Below are positions 12,484-24,605 of a stretch of DNA of 64,000 nt, piece by piece; within the stretch, counting starts at the first letter, position 1; each line of letters starts with the position of its first letter. Under the pieces are notes generated by a model, which did no database searches, was not told where the DNA came from, and was given only the letters and a program-made list of their open reading frames with translations. The position numbers and the translations under genes are program-made. Source of the stretch: Scenedesmus sp. PABB004 (Eukaryota); contig JABVCE010000004.1 in assembly GCA_014905635.1 (NCBI GenBank), positions 1,302,001 through 1,366,000 on the forward strand. The letters run 5' to 3'.

Positions 12484-12612
12484 CGTGGCGCCGCAGCGTG
12501 CGGCGGCAAGGAAAAATCAATCAATGGTACAGCGGCGAACTCGCCGCGGGCGCGCCCTCTACGGTCACTCGGGTCATCAATCTACACCCCCGGGCGCGCC
12601 GGCGCGCCGCGC

Positions 12613-15600
12613 TCAGCTGCCGTCCGAGTCGGCCGACAGCTGCGCGGTGAGGCCGTCGGTCGCCTTTGGCGTGGAGAGGCCGATGCTGCCGCTCACGCGC
12701 GGCGTGGAGGCCGAGGTGAACGAGTCGAGGCCGCGCAGCCCGCCGCCGCTCGGCGGCGCGGCGTTGAGGGGCACGTACTCCTCCAGAATGTTGCGCATGT
12801 CCGCCGCGAGCCGCTTGCGCAGCACCACGCTGTACACGCCGTACGCCGCGCCCAGCGCGCCGCCGACGCACGCGAGCAGCAGCGCGAGCACGCCTCCCGC
12901 GCCGAGGCCTGCGGGGGCGCGGCGGCGCGGGGCGCGGTGAGCGCGCGGCAGCGCAGGGCCGCGTGCGCTGGGGAGTGGAGGGCGCCCCCGACGCTGCGCG
13001 GCGCTGCGCGCGCGGCGCGGCGCGGCGCCGGCGCGGCGTTGCGGGGCGGCGGGCGCACCCTTGCGCACGTAGACGGGCCCGGACACGCAGCCGCCGTGCT
13101 CGTTGTCGCAGCCCGTGAGGTCGCACGCGGGCTCGCAGCCGCCGCCGGGGCGCTCGCGGAAGCAGGGCGGGCAGGTGCACTGGAAGGTGGGCGTGGAGTC
13201 GTTGACCATGCCATACTGGCTCATCCACCGGAAGGTGCGGATCTCGTCAGAGCAGGCGCTGTAAAACTTGCCGCCCAGTGTCGCGCGCCAGCAGCCGCCC
13301 CAGTTGTGCGCCTCGGTGCACATGTTGGGCAGCGGGCCGGTGCAGCTGCCGCGGGCGGCGCGGCGAGGCGCGGCGCGGCGCGGCGGTCGGTGCGGCGCGG
13401 CGCGCGGGGCGAGAGGCGCCGCGGGGCTGGGTGCAGCGGCTGGGGGCGGGGCGCGCGCGGGGCGCCGACTCACTTGAAGCTGCCCACGGTGTTGATGCAC
13501 GCGCAGCGCTCGCACTTGCAGTCGTCCTTGGTCCAGGGCACGCTGCTCACGACGCACTCGTTGACCTCGCTGCACGTGTCCACGCCCGTGGCCTTGTCCA
13601 CGACCTGCGCCGCGCAGCAGGCAGGGCCGCGGTCGGGCGCGCAGGAGGGCGGCGGGCGGTCGGGCGCAGCGCGGCGGCGGCGCGAGCGCCCGGCGCGCGC
13701 AGCCCAGCCCATTCCAGCACCCCCCCCCCCACCCACCACCACCACCACACACGCACCTTCATGAAGCCGTCCCCGCACTCGCAGGAGTAGCCGGTGAAGG
13801 TGTTGACGCACCGCGTGCGCCCCTGCGTGGAGTTGAGCCTGCGCGGCGCGCGCGCGGGGCGCGCGTCGGCAGGCGCGCGCTGGCAGGCACGCGTGCTGGC
13901 AGGCGCGTGCCGCGCGGCGGGCGCGCGGGCCGCCGGCGCGCACCCGCTGTTGCAGGCGGCCCAGCCCTCGTTGCCCTCGCGGCACTCGTTGTCGGAGACC
14001 CACTCCTCGTTGCAGACGGCTGGCTCGGCGCCGTCGGGGAAGCCGGTGCAGATCGCGCGCAGCACGCTGGGCGCGTCGAGCGCGCCGCGGTACTGCCGCG
14101 CGTTGACGCGCACGGTGGGCAGGATCGCGATCGTGCTCTCCTGGTCCTCGCCCGTCTGCGCCGCGAGCTCCTCGTCGAGCAGCTTGATCGGCGCCGTGCC
14201 GTCGAGGTCGCCGAGGTCCAGGCAGTCCCGCCACGCGCGCTCGCCGGCGTCGCCCGCGAGCGCGCTGCCCGCGGTGACCTCCTTGAACACCTGTCGCCGC
14301 GCCGCGGGTGGGCGGGTGAGGCGTGGCGCCGGCCGCTGCCTGCGCCCCGTGCGCTGCTCGCCCCAGCAGCAACCCAGCCTGCTCAGACAAGGCGCGCGGC
14401 AGAGCGCGCGCCTTGTCTGAGCAGGCTGGGTTGTACGACTTGTCGCTCATGCGGCACGCCTCGCCCATGCGGTCGGCGTACGACCACCAGAGCCAGGGCT
14501 CGCCGCGGTCGCGCGCGATGCGCGCAAAGCACAGCGACCGCACGTTCATCTGCCAGGCGGCGGCGGGCGGGGGGCGGGGCGTGGCAGGGCAGGGCGGCCG
14601 CGCGGCGGTCGGCACGCGGGCCGGAGCCTCGGTCGGGCGGCCGGGCGGCGGCGGCGCGCAAGGATAGCGCGCGGGCGCCCCCGCCCGCGCGGGCTGCTGC
14701 CGCCGCGCCGCACCAGGAGCACGTCCGAGCCGGAGTAGCCCTCGTGGATGTTGTCGTCGGGGTCGGGGCAGCAGTAGGCGCCGCGGCGGATGCACTGCGT
14801 GCGGCACTCGTCCGCGTCGGCGCCGTACTGGCACACCCAGAGCAGGTAGTGCGGCGTGAAGCTCACGAGCCCCGCAGACTCCATGGCCTTGGCAATGGGC
14901 TTGAAATCCTGCGGAGGCACAGGACGGGAGCGGCGCGGGAGGAGGGGGAAGCAGCGCGATGGGGCGGGGCGGTCTCAGAGCGCGGTCGCGGGCGGGGGCA
15001 GCGCATCCGCGCCGGGCCGCTGCGCGCCGCGACGCACCTTGACGAACTTGCGCTGCTTGTCGCACGTGAGCCCGCACTCGTCGTTGCTGTTGGTCCAAAA
15101 CTCCCACGCCACCTGCGGAGCGTGGGACGCGCCCCCTCAGCGCGCGCGCCGCCGCCGCCGCCGCCGCTGCCGCTGCCGCCGCCGCCGCCGTCGGCGGCGC
15201 TGCCGCGCCTTGTTGGCCTTTGGCAGCACATCGGTCCAGTTGAGCGCGACCGACACCGGCCCCGCCATGAGCAGCGTCTTGATGGCGTTGCCGTCGGCCT
15301 CGCTGATCAGCCCCGCGCTGATGCCGATCTGCGCCAGCTCCCTGCGCGCGGCGGCAGCAGCAGCAGCGGCCCCGGCGGCTGAGGCAGCTGCCGGCCGCGG
15401 CCGAGGGGCCGCCGCCCTGGCCCGCCGCCCTGGCCTGCCACCGGGTGCGCGCGCGCGCCTGGTCGAGTCCTCGTCCTTGGGCGCGACCGCGGTGGAGAGG
15501 TCGCCGGGGCCGTCGTTGACCACGAGGAGCGCGTCCGCGCCGGCGAGCTGCGCGTGGAAGGCCTTGTCTATGAAGTAGCAGGGCCGCGACAGACCCGTGT

Positions 15601-16453
15601 GGTCGCCTGGCGGCGGCGACGGCGGCGGCGGCGGCAGGGACGGCGGCGCGCCGCAGGGTGAGAGCGGGAGCAAGGGGGGGGGGGAGAGAGCGCGAGGGAG
15701 CGGTGTGCAGGAGCCGGCGGCGCCCGCGCCACGCACGTGGCCCGCGGTCGAGCAGCATGATGTAGCGCTGCCCCGGCTTCTTGTCGATCTTGAACGGCGG
15801 CGTGCTCTCGTTGAAGAAGGAGCAGCCGTAGTTGCAGGCCGCGGGGCTGCACTGGTAGGCGTGGGAGCTGAACCGGGAGCTGGGGTTGGGGTAGACCAGC
15901 TCGCCGCTGCGTGGCAGCGGCGGCGGCGGCGGCGCGCGCGCGCCCGCGTCGGCGACCGCTGCTGCTCACCGGACGCTGCTGCCCCTTCAGCTGCTGTCCC
16001 CGCCCCAGGCGGCTCGCCGCCGCGCCGACGCGCGGCGCGGCGCCGCACTCACACGAGCGTCGCGCCGTACTTTGGCACGCCGAAATTGGCGAGCGCGACA
16101 TTCATCCTGCGCGCCCGGTGGGTAGCAGTAAGTGTGTGGCGCGTCGTGGGCGCCGCAGCGCGCCCGGATCGGGCCCCCCGCGCTGCTGTTTCTCGAGACC
16201 AACCCGCCCATCGCACCTTCCCTTCTCGTTGCTTGGGTGCACCACCTGCGGGCGCGGCGGGCAGCCGGTGAGGGGCCCAGACCGCATCTCCACCTTCTCA
16301 AGCACCTGCGCGACCGCAGCGCCGCCCGCGGAGCCGCGCCAGGCCTTGACGCCCCGGCCTCACCCGCAGGCCGCCCAGCTCGACCTCGAAGGACGCCAGC
16401 GCGCCCCCCAGCGCCGCCAGGACCAGCAGCGCGGCCCCCGCCAGCGCCGACAT
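12613..16453 (-). CDS. VSR: Vacuolar sorting receptor (BP80/VSR family)
   Basis: Signal peptide followed by FEVE; ANFGVPKYGATL; PA domain (LLDRG..CYFIDKAFHAQLAGADALLV); WEFWTNSNDECG; YCCPDPD; ILPTVRVNARQYRG; EGF-like repeats; TM helix; cytosolic ILEEYVPL (YxxPhi). Confidence 0.92.
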
Positions 16454-16745
16454 GGCTGCAGGCGGCGCAGCACAGGCGGCGGCGGCGGCGCCGAGCGGCG
16501 CGCGCGAGCGGTTGGCTGCGGCGGGCGTGCTGTCGGCGCGCCAGGCCCTGGGCTGCGCGGGCTGTGCAGCGGCGAGGGTGTTGCGCGGCGGCCCGGCCGC
16601 GACAGCATTCGGGCGCCGTCGGCTCTGGCGGCGCGGTTTGGACCGCGGCGCTGCGCCGCCGGCGCACCAGGCCCGGCCCTCCCGCCGTCCCTCGCCAGTC
16701 CGCTGATCTCGCTCCAGCAGCAGAGCAACAGAGGGAGCAGAGGCC

Positions 16746-18099
16746 ATGGATCCCGGCGCCACGCCCGCGGCGGACGCAGCGCCGGGCGCCGAGGTCGCCG
16801 CGCCGCCCGCGCCGCCGCCTGCCGCCGCGCCCGAGAGCCACCACGACAGGCCGCCGTTCGATCCCATCGCCGGTGTGGCGCGGGGCCGCTTGGCGGCGCG
16901 CGCGCGGCGCGCGGCGGCAGCGCGCGGGCGGAGCAACAGCTCTCGCTTGCGCACGCCGCGGCCGCGCAAGACCGCGGCCGCGCCCGCTCGGCCGTCCCCC
17001 GCCCCTCCCGCCCGCCTGCAGCGCTGAAGCTGGGCTCGCAGCGCCTGGCGAGCATGATCAAGCGCGAGTCGGGCGCCGCCGCATCTTCGGCCGGGCCCGG
17101 CGACGCCGCGGCCGGGCCCGACGCCGACGCGGCTGCGGGCGGCGCGCAGCCGCCGGTCGTGGCGCGGCTCAAGGCCACGGCGGCGGAGCTGGGCGCCAAG
17201 GCGCGGACGTCCGGCAGCCGCTTCTACGCCGCCAGCCTCGTGACGGCCGCGTCGACCGCCGACTCGCTCAAGCGCCTCGCCGCCGGCGAGCCGCTGCAGG
17301 CGCTCTGCCGCGCCGAGCTCGCGGCGCGGCCGTGCCCGCAGCTCGTGCTCGCGTGCTGCACCGCGCTCGTGTCGGGCGGCGGCTTGATGACAGAGCGCAT
17401 ATTTCGCCACGACCCGCCGGCCGAGCTGGTCGACCGCCTCGCCGCGACCGCGTCGGGCCCGCTGCGCCTGCTGCCGCCGGGCGCGTCGCCGCACGCCGTC
17501 GCGGCGCTGCTGAAGCGGTGGCTGCTGGGGCTGCCGGAGCCGCTGCTGACGTACAGGCGCGCCGGGGCGGGGGGCGAGGAGCGGCGCGGCACAGCGAGGC
17601 GTGCCGCTGAGACCCGCGCCGGCGCTCACCGCGTGCCCGCCGCGCCCGCCGCGCCCGCGCGCGCAGGCTGCTGCCGCAGTGGGTCGCTGCGGCGGACCAC
17701 CCCAACCTGCAAGTCCGCGGCGTCGTCGCGGCGCTGCCGGCGGCCAACGCGGGCGCGCTGCGCGTGCTCATGCAGGCCGCCGCGTGCGTCAACGAGGCGG
17801 CGGCCAAGAACGAGATGGACGCCCAGGCGCTCGCGGAGGCCCTCGCGCCCTGCATCGCCTGGAAGCCGCCGCCCAGGCCGCAGGCCGGCGCCGGCGGCCC
17901 GGGGCTGGGCGAGCGGCTCAAGGCCGCACTCGGGCCGGGCGAGCCGCCCGCGCAGGGCGGCGGCGGCGGCGCCGAGGGCGGCGGCGCGGACGGCGAGCTG
18001 GAGCACGCGCAGCGCGTCGTCCCGCTCGAGGGCGCGGAGCTGGAGGCGGTCGTCGCGGTCGTGGAGCACATGATCTCCCACTTTGCTTCCGTGTTCTAA
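16746..18099 (+). CDS. RhoGAP-domain protein
   Basis: PQLVLACC...GLMTERIFR (arginine finger)...PHAVAALLKRWLLGLPEPLLTY...LPAANAGAL...NEMDAQALAEALAPCI matches the RhoGAP consensus pattern. Confidence 0.82.
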
Positions 18100-18485
18100 G
18101 CACGCGCAGCTGAAACCGCCCAAGCGGAACCGCCAGTTTCCGGTGGTAGTCGGACCCGGGCGCTGGCGGAGGCCGAACCCCGCCGGACGGCCCGCGGCGT
18201 CACGCGTGGCTGCGCGCGTGTCGCAGCCGCGCCTAGCCAGAGCTGCGCTGCGCCGACGCACAGAACACTCTCCCGCACAGCACACACGCACGCAAGCCCA
18301 GCGCAGCCCGCGCAGGCGCCGTGCTGCCGCTGCTGCTGCCGCCGCGCCTCCCGTGGCCTGCAGCTCTCGAGCCGCGCGCCGGCAGTCTTATACGCAGGCG
18401 CGATCCTGGGGCCTGGCAGCGCGAAATGGGGTGAGGTCCGGCCAACTGATCGACCAGCAGCAGCTGCCCGCGCGGCTGGGCCGCC

Positions 18486-21400
18486 ATGAGCTTCGCGTTC
18501 AAGAAGTTCAACTTCTTCAGCGCGCATGAGGTGCCGGAGCACGGCTTCCCCGCCAACAGCACCGCGCACGTCGCGGGCGGCGGCGCGCTGTTTGTCGGCA
18601 CCGACGCCGGCACGATCGTGCTGCTCGACGAGGCCTGGCAGGCCACCGGGGCCGTGAGCGGCTTCGGGCACAAGGTCCTCTTCCTGGCCTGGGCGCAGGT
18701 GCGGCGCGGCGCGGCGCGGCGGGGCGCGGGGGCGGTTGCGCAGCGCGCCGCTGCCGCGCACCCCGCACTGATGCCGCGCGCCCGGGCCCCGCCGCGCGGC
18801 GCCGGCGCAGGCGCGGCAGCTGCTGGTGGCGGTGGGCCTGGAGGAGCCGGGCATCTCCTCGGCGACGCTCAAGGTCTGGGAGGGCGACCGCCTCGCCGCG
18901 GCGGCGGCGGCCGCGTCGGCCGGCGCGGGCGGCCCGCCCGCCGCCGTGGCGCCGCTGCGCACGGCGCGCGTGTTCAGCAGCAAATACCCGGAGAGCGAGG
19001 TCACCGCGCTCGCGGTCTCCGACGCCTCCCCGACCGGCGCGGGGCTCACCGTGGCCGTCGGCGTCGCCGCGGGCGCGGCCTACCTCTTCACCGGCGACGC
19101 GGCCACGCCGCGCGGCAAGGCCAAGCTGAACCACGCGGGCAAGCTCGCCGCGCGGCCCGACGCGGGCGAGGCGTGGCGCGTCAACGCGCTCGCGTTCACG
19201 CACCAGTTCAGCGGCGCCGCGGCGCCGCCCGGCGGCGGCGCCGGCGCCGGCGGGGCCGCCGCGGCCGGCGGCGGCGCGTCCGGGGCCGGGCCCGCCGCCG
19301 GCAGCGGCGGCGCGGAGCACGAGGGCCAGTACCTTCACGTTGTGACGGAGAGCCAGACGCTGGCGTTCCACCTCGCCGACCAGGCGCGCACGATCCTGGA
19401 CCAGCAGGGCGTGTCGGTCGGCGCGTGCGTCGCGCTGCGGGGCGGGCTGCTGCTCGTCGCGCGCGACGACGCGCTGTACGAGTACACCTCCGACACGCGC
19501 GCCGGCTGCACCGCCTACGACGGTGCGCGGCGGCGGGAGCTGCCGCGCGGCGGCCGCTGCGGGGGCCGCGCGCGGCGGGGGCGCGGGATTTGGGGCGCTG
19601 GGCGCGGGCCCCTCGCTGACCGCGCACGCGCGCGCGTCGCCGCGCCCGGCGCCGCGCCCCGCAGGCGTGAAGGCGGGCCTCGGCCTGCTGCGGCGCTACG
19701 TGTGGCTGCTGACCGACGACACCACGCCCGAGGGCGGCCCGGGCGCGGGCCTGTCGCTCATCGACGTGCGCAACCGCCTCGTGGCGGGGTCGTTCGCGCT
19801 GCCGGGCAGCCCCGCCGCGGCGACCGTGCTCGTCGGCCCGGGCGGGCTCGCCGCGTGGGCGGGCGGGCGGCTCGTGCGGTACCAGGAGGTGGAGCTGGCC
19901 AGCCAGGTGTGCCCGCGTGCGCGCAGGGGCCCGGCCGCGGCCGGCCTGCCCGGGACGGTGGCGGCCAGCGCCCGGGGCGCCGCACGCCGCGCGCTGCGCG
20001 CCCCGGCCGGCGCCAGCAACCCTGCCGCGGCCGCCGCCGCCGCCGCCGCCGCCGCCGCGGGCCGCCGCGCCCAGCTTGAGCTGCTGTTCAAGCGCTCGCT
20101 GCACAAGCTCGCGCTCGACCTCGCGCGCGGCGCGGGCGCCGACGGCGAGCTGCTCGCCGGCATCCACGCGCGCTGGGGGGACCACCTGTACGCCAAGGGC
20201 GACTACGACGGCGCGATGGGGCAATACCTCGACACGCTCGGCCACCTCGAGCCGTCGTACGTCATCCGACGGTGCGGCGGCGGGGGTTCCGTGATGCCGC
20301 GGCGCAGCCGCCGCGCGTTTTGGGGCGCGGCGCCGAGAGCCCGCGCCGCCGCCGCACGCCGCCGCGCCGGCCGCGGCCAGGTTCCTGGACGCGCAGCGCA
20401 TCCACAGCCTCACGCGCTACCTCGAGGCGCTGCACGCGGCGGGGCGCGCGGGTGCGGACCACACGACGCTGCTGCTCAACTGCTACACCAAGCTCAAGGA
20501 CGTGGCCAAGCTCGACGCATTCATCCTCGGCGGCGGCACCGCCACGCCCGGCGGCGCCGGCGGCACTGGCAGCGGCAGCAGCCCCGTGAAGCCCGCGCCG
20601 CCGGGGCGCGCCGGCGGCGGCGGCGGCGGCGGCGCCGCGGGCATGGCGGTGCTGTCAGCGGCGGCCAACGCGGCGCGCGGCGCCGAGCGCGGCGGCGCGG
20701 GCGCGGGTGCGCGGCCGGCGGCGCCGGCCGGCGTGCGCAACGCGGCGGCGCGCGCCCCACGCGCGCCGCGCACCGCCGCGCGTCTGAGCCCGCGCCGCGC
20801 CGCGCCGCCAGGCCCAGCGCCGTCGTTTGACCTCGAGACCGCGTTCAAGGTGCTGCGCTCCGCCGGCTACGCGGGCCACGCGCTCAGCGTCGCGGAGCGC
20901 GCGGGGCAGCCCGAGTGGGTGCTGGACGTGCTGCTGGAGGACATGGGCAGCCACGCAGAGGCACTCGCGTTCATAGGTGCGCCCCCGGCACACGCCGCCA
21001 CTGCCACGCCGCTGCCCGTGCCACGCCGCGCCGCGCCGCGCCGCGCTGCGCTGTGGCGGCGCTGAGCAGCACTCTGCCGCGCGCGCACACCCGCGCAGGC
21101 ATGCTGTCGCGGCGGCAGCAGGCGGCCGCGCTGCTGCGCTACGGCAAGCTGCTCATCGGCGCCGCGCCCGACGACACGACCGCGCTGCTCATGGACCTCG
21201 CGATGCCGCCGGGCGGCGCGCCGGGCGGCGGCGACGCGCCGCCGCGCGACAGCGACGCCGGCTACGTGGCCTCGGTCGCCGACTACGCCCACCTCTACGC
21301 CGACCGCCCCACGCGCCTGCTGTGAGCGCGCGGGCGCTGCCGCCGCCGGGGCGGTGCCAGCGCCAGCGCCAGCGCCGCGCAGCGCTGCGCCGGCCCGCGT

Positions 21401-22764
21401 GCTCACGCGCGCGCCCGCCACCTGCGCCCGCCCGCCCGTGCCCGCACCGCCCGCCCGCCCACCCGCCCGCTGGCGCAGGTACCTGTGTGAGTTTGTGCTC
21501 TTCAACGCCGCCGGCCCGCCGCCCGGCGAGCGCGCGCTGTACGCGACGCTGCTGTCGCTGTACCTCGCGGACAGCCTCGCCGACGCGGACGCGCCCGGGC
21601 CCGGCGCCGAGGCGGAGGGCGAGCCGCAGGCGCGCGCCGCGCCCCGCCGTGCGCGGCCGCGCGGGCGCCGCGCCGCGCGGCGCGCCGCCGACCGCGCGCG
21701 CCCGCGTCGCCGCGCGCCACGCACGCGCAGGCGCGGCGCGACAAGGCGCGCGAGCTGCTCGCGCGGGGCTGGCAGCCGCACATGGAGGAGCCGGCGTACG
21801 ACGCGGAGCACGCGCTGGTGCTGTGCCGGCAGCACGCCTACACGCCCGGCCTGGTGCTGCTGTACGACAAGAAGCGCCTCCACCGGTGCGCCTGGGCGCG
21901 CGGGCGCCGCGCCGCGCGGCCAGCGCGCGCGCGCGCGCGCGCGCACATCACACGCCCACGCGGGCACGTGCGCTGCCGCCGCGCAGGGAGGTGCTCGCGG
22001 TGCACATGGCGGCGGGGGACGTCGACGCGCTCATCGCCGCGTGCGGGCAGTACGGCGACCCGGCGGCCGGCGGCGACCCGCAGCTCTGGGCGGAGGCGCT
22101 CGAGTACCTGGTCAGCCGCCCCGACGACGTCGCGCCTGCGATCGCGCGCGTGCTCGCGCGCGTCGAGGCCGGGGCGCTGCTGCCGCCGCTCGTGGTACTG
22201 CAGACGCTCGCCAAGAACGGCCGGCTGCAGGTCTCGCTCGTCAAGGGCTACGTCTCGCGCCAGCTCGCCGCAGAGGCCGCCGAGATCGCCAAGGACCGGG
22301 AGACCATCGCGCGCCTGCAGGCGCGGCCGCCGCGCCGCCGCGCCCTGCTCGCCCCACGCGCCCTGCGCTGCCCCGCGCCCTCGCTCCCCTGCGCCCGCGG
22401 CCGAGGCGCGCGCGCGCCCGCCGCCCGCGGCGCGCAGGCCGAGGCCGCGTCGATGAAGGCCGAGGCGGCCAAGCTGCGCAGCGAGCCGCACGTCTTCCAG
22501 AACAGCCGCTGCGCGGCGAGCGGGCAGCCGCTGGAGCTGCCGGTCGCGCACTTCATGTGCGGGCACTCGTTCAACCTGCGCAGCCTGGGCGAGAACGAGC
22601 GCGAGTGCCCGCTGTGCGCGCCGGAGGCCAAGCGCGTGCTCGACATCCGTGCCAACATGCGCGCCGGCGCGGCGCGGCCGGACGAGTTCTTCACCCAGCT
22701 CGACGCCGCGCCCGACGGCTTCAGCGTCGTCGCGGAGCACTTTGGCCGCGGCCTGCTCAAGTGA
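18486..22764 (+). CDS. VPS11: Vacuolar protein sorting 11 (CORVET/HOPS core subunit)
   Basis: MSFAFKKFNFF start; GDHLYAKGDYDGAMGQYLDTLGHLEPSYVIRRFLDAQRI; DHTTLLLNCYTKLKD; C-terminal RING (LELPVAHFMCGHSF...ECPLC) and FSVVAEHFGRG. Confidence 0.95.
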
Positions 22765-22961
22765 CTGGCGCGCGGCCCCGGCGACAGCGTCGGAAGGGCG
22801 CGGCGGCGGCGGCGCCGGGAGGGCGCGCGGCGCGCGGTCCGCAAACGGCGATGTTAACTTGTGAATGAGCTCACGAGGCCGCGCCCACCCACCCGCTGGG
22901 CGAGCGGGTCGCAGGCGGTTGCGTTCAGTGCGGAAAGAAAGCGCCCGCTCAGCCAGCCCGG

Positions 22962-24226
22962 CTAGCTAGCTCCCCTTTGCGGACTTGGCCGGCTCGGGCG
23001 GCGGCGCGACAAAGTGGGTCCACACGTTGGCAAAGTAGATGGCCAGCGACCACGCGGCCAGCGCCGCCGCCGCCCACAGCAGCAGCCACGACGCGTGTGA
23101 CACCTGCGCCACGCCCAGGCGCGCGCCTGGCGGCGGCCGGGCGGCCGAGCGGGCGGGCGGGCGCCGTCAAGCTGGCCGCCTGCTGCGCCGCGCTGCGCGC
23201 CAGCGCGCCGCGCGCACCGGCGAGCAGCCGCGCGGTGAAGGGCGTGCGGTCTTTGCAGAAGAGCAGGAGGCTCATCGACGTCATCTGCAGCGCCGTCTTC
23301 CACTTGCCCAGGCTGTTCACCTTGACCGCCTTGTGCGCCGCGCCGCCGGCGGAGGCCGCCCACTCGCGCAGCGCCGACATGGTGACCTCGCGGCAGCAGA
23401 TGATGATGACGGGGACAACCATCGCGCCCTGGCTGATCGGCTCCGGCGGGCCCGTGCTCAGCAGCACCAGCACCGTCGTCACCCTGCGCGCGCCGCGCGC
23501 CGCGGGGCGGCTCAGCGGCCGGCGCGGGTCGGCGCGGCGGGCCGCGGCGCGGCGTCGCTGGCCCCGCCGCCGCACATGATCTTGTCAGCCACGGGGTCCA
23601 GGAAGGCGCCAAACGTGGTCACGATCTCGAACTGCGCCGCAGCACCGCGGGCGCAGCGCCGCGCTCAGCGCCGCGCCGCCGCCGCCGCCGCTGGGCGCGG
23701 GCGGGGCCCCGTGCCGCGGCGCGCGCGGGGCGTCGCCGCGCGGGGGCGCGGAGCGACGCCCCGCGCCACACGTGCGCGCCGCGCCGCCGCCGCGCCTTGC
23801 GCGCGATGTAGCCGTCCAGCCAGTCGGTGAGCGAGGCGACCACGAAGAGCGCCGCCGCGAGGAGCGGCGCGCGCGGCGCGGGCGAGAACCACGCGACGCC
23901 CACAACGGGGACGAGCACGAGGCGCAGGAATGTGAGCAGGTTGGGCGCAGTGCAGATGGGCTGCCCCCGCGCCGGCCGCGCCGCGCCGCGGTGCTCGTAC
24001 GCGAGCGTGCGGTACACCTCGCTGCGCCGGTCAAACGGGCTGTCGAACGACTCCTCGTCCCTGGCGCCGGCGGCGGCGGCCGGCCGCTCGGCGGCTCACG
24101 CGCTGCCGCCGCGGACGCGCGTGCGGGGCGACGCGCGGCACCCCCCGCCCCCTGGCGCGCGTGATCGCGCTTGCGGGCTCACTTGTTGACGCCCAGCAGC
24201 GGGATCTTCTCTGGCGCCTTGGCCAT
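22962..24226 (-). CDS. CDP-diacylglycerol--glycerol-3-phosphate 3-phosphatidyltransferase (PGP synthase)
   Basis: PNLLTFLRL, TDWLDGYIARK...FGAFLDPVADK (CDP-alcohol phosphotransferase motif), REVTMSALREW and LGKWKTALQM. No obvious transit peptide. Confidence 0.9.
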
Positions 24227-24605
24227 GCCTGCTGCGCGGCGCCGGGGCGCCCGTGCGGCGGCGACGCAGCGGAACGCGGCGGCGCGCTGCTGCTCGGCCA
24301 GGCGCAGTGGGGCGAGGCTGGCAGCGCGTCGTGGGCATGCGTTGCGGTGTCGGGCTGACGCTGGATTGTGCCGCGGGGCGCACGGCGCGCTGGGCGGGCC
24401 GAGCGAAGCGGCAGATGGGGAGGGTCGGACTTTCCTGAGCCCTGCCGTGGCGCGGTGCTGCTTACATCCCTCGCCGCCCGCCCTGAGGTGACAGCGCTTC
24501 GATCACCTTGCTGTTCGCCCGATCTGACGGCCCCTCCGCGCCCCAGCGCGGCGCCGGCAGCAGCAGCAGCGGCGGCAGCGGCCCGCGCGGCCGGCGGTCG
24601 TCGCC

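Noticed and set aside
18419..18426. E2F-like site (TTTCGCGC on the minus strand) upstream of VPS11, with another near 63316
   Set aside because: It is a short motif in GC-rich DNA and the neighbouring genes are not cell-cycle genes; there is no further support.
22762..22767. Stop-codon readthrough or selenocysteine recoding (e.g. TGA-CTG after VPS11)
   Set aside because: The proteins end where homologues are expected to end, and no gene model needed an in-frame TGA.
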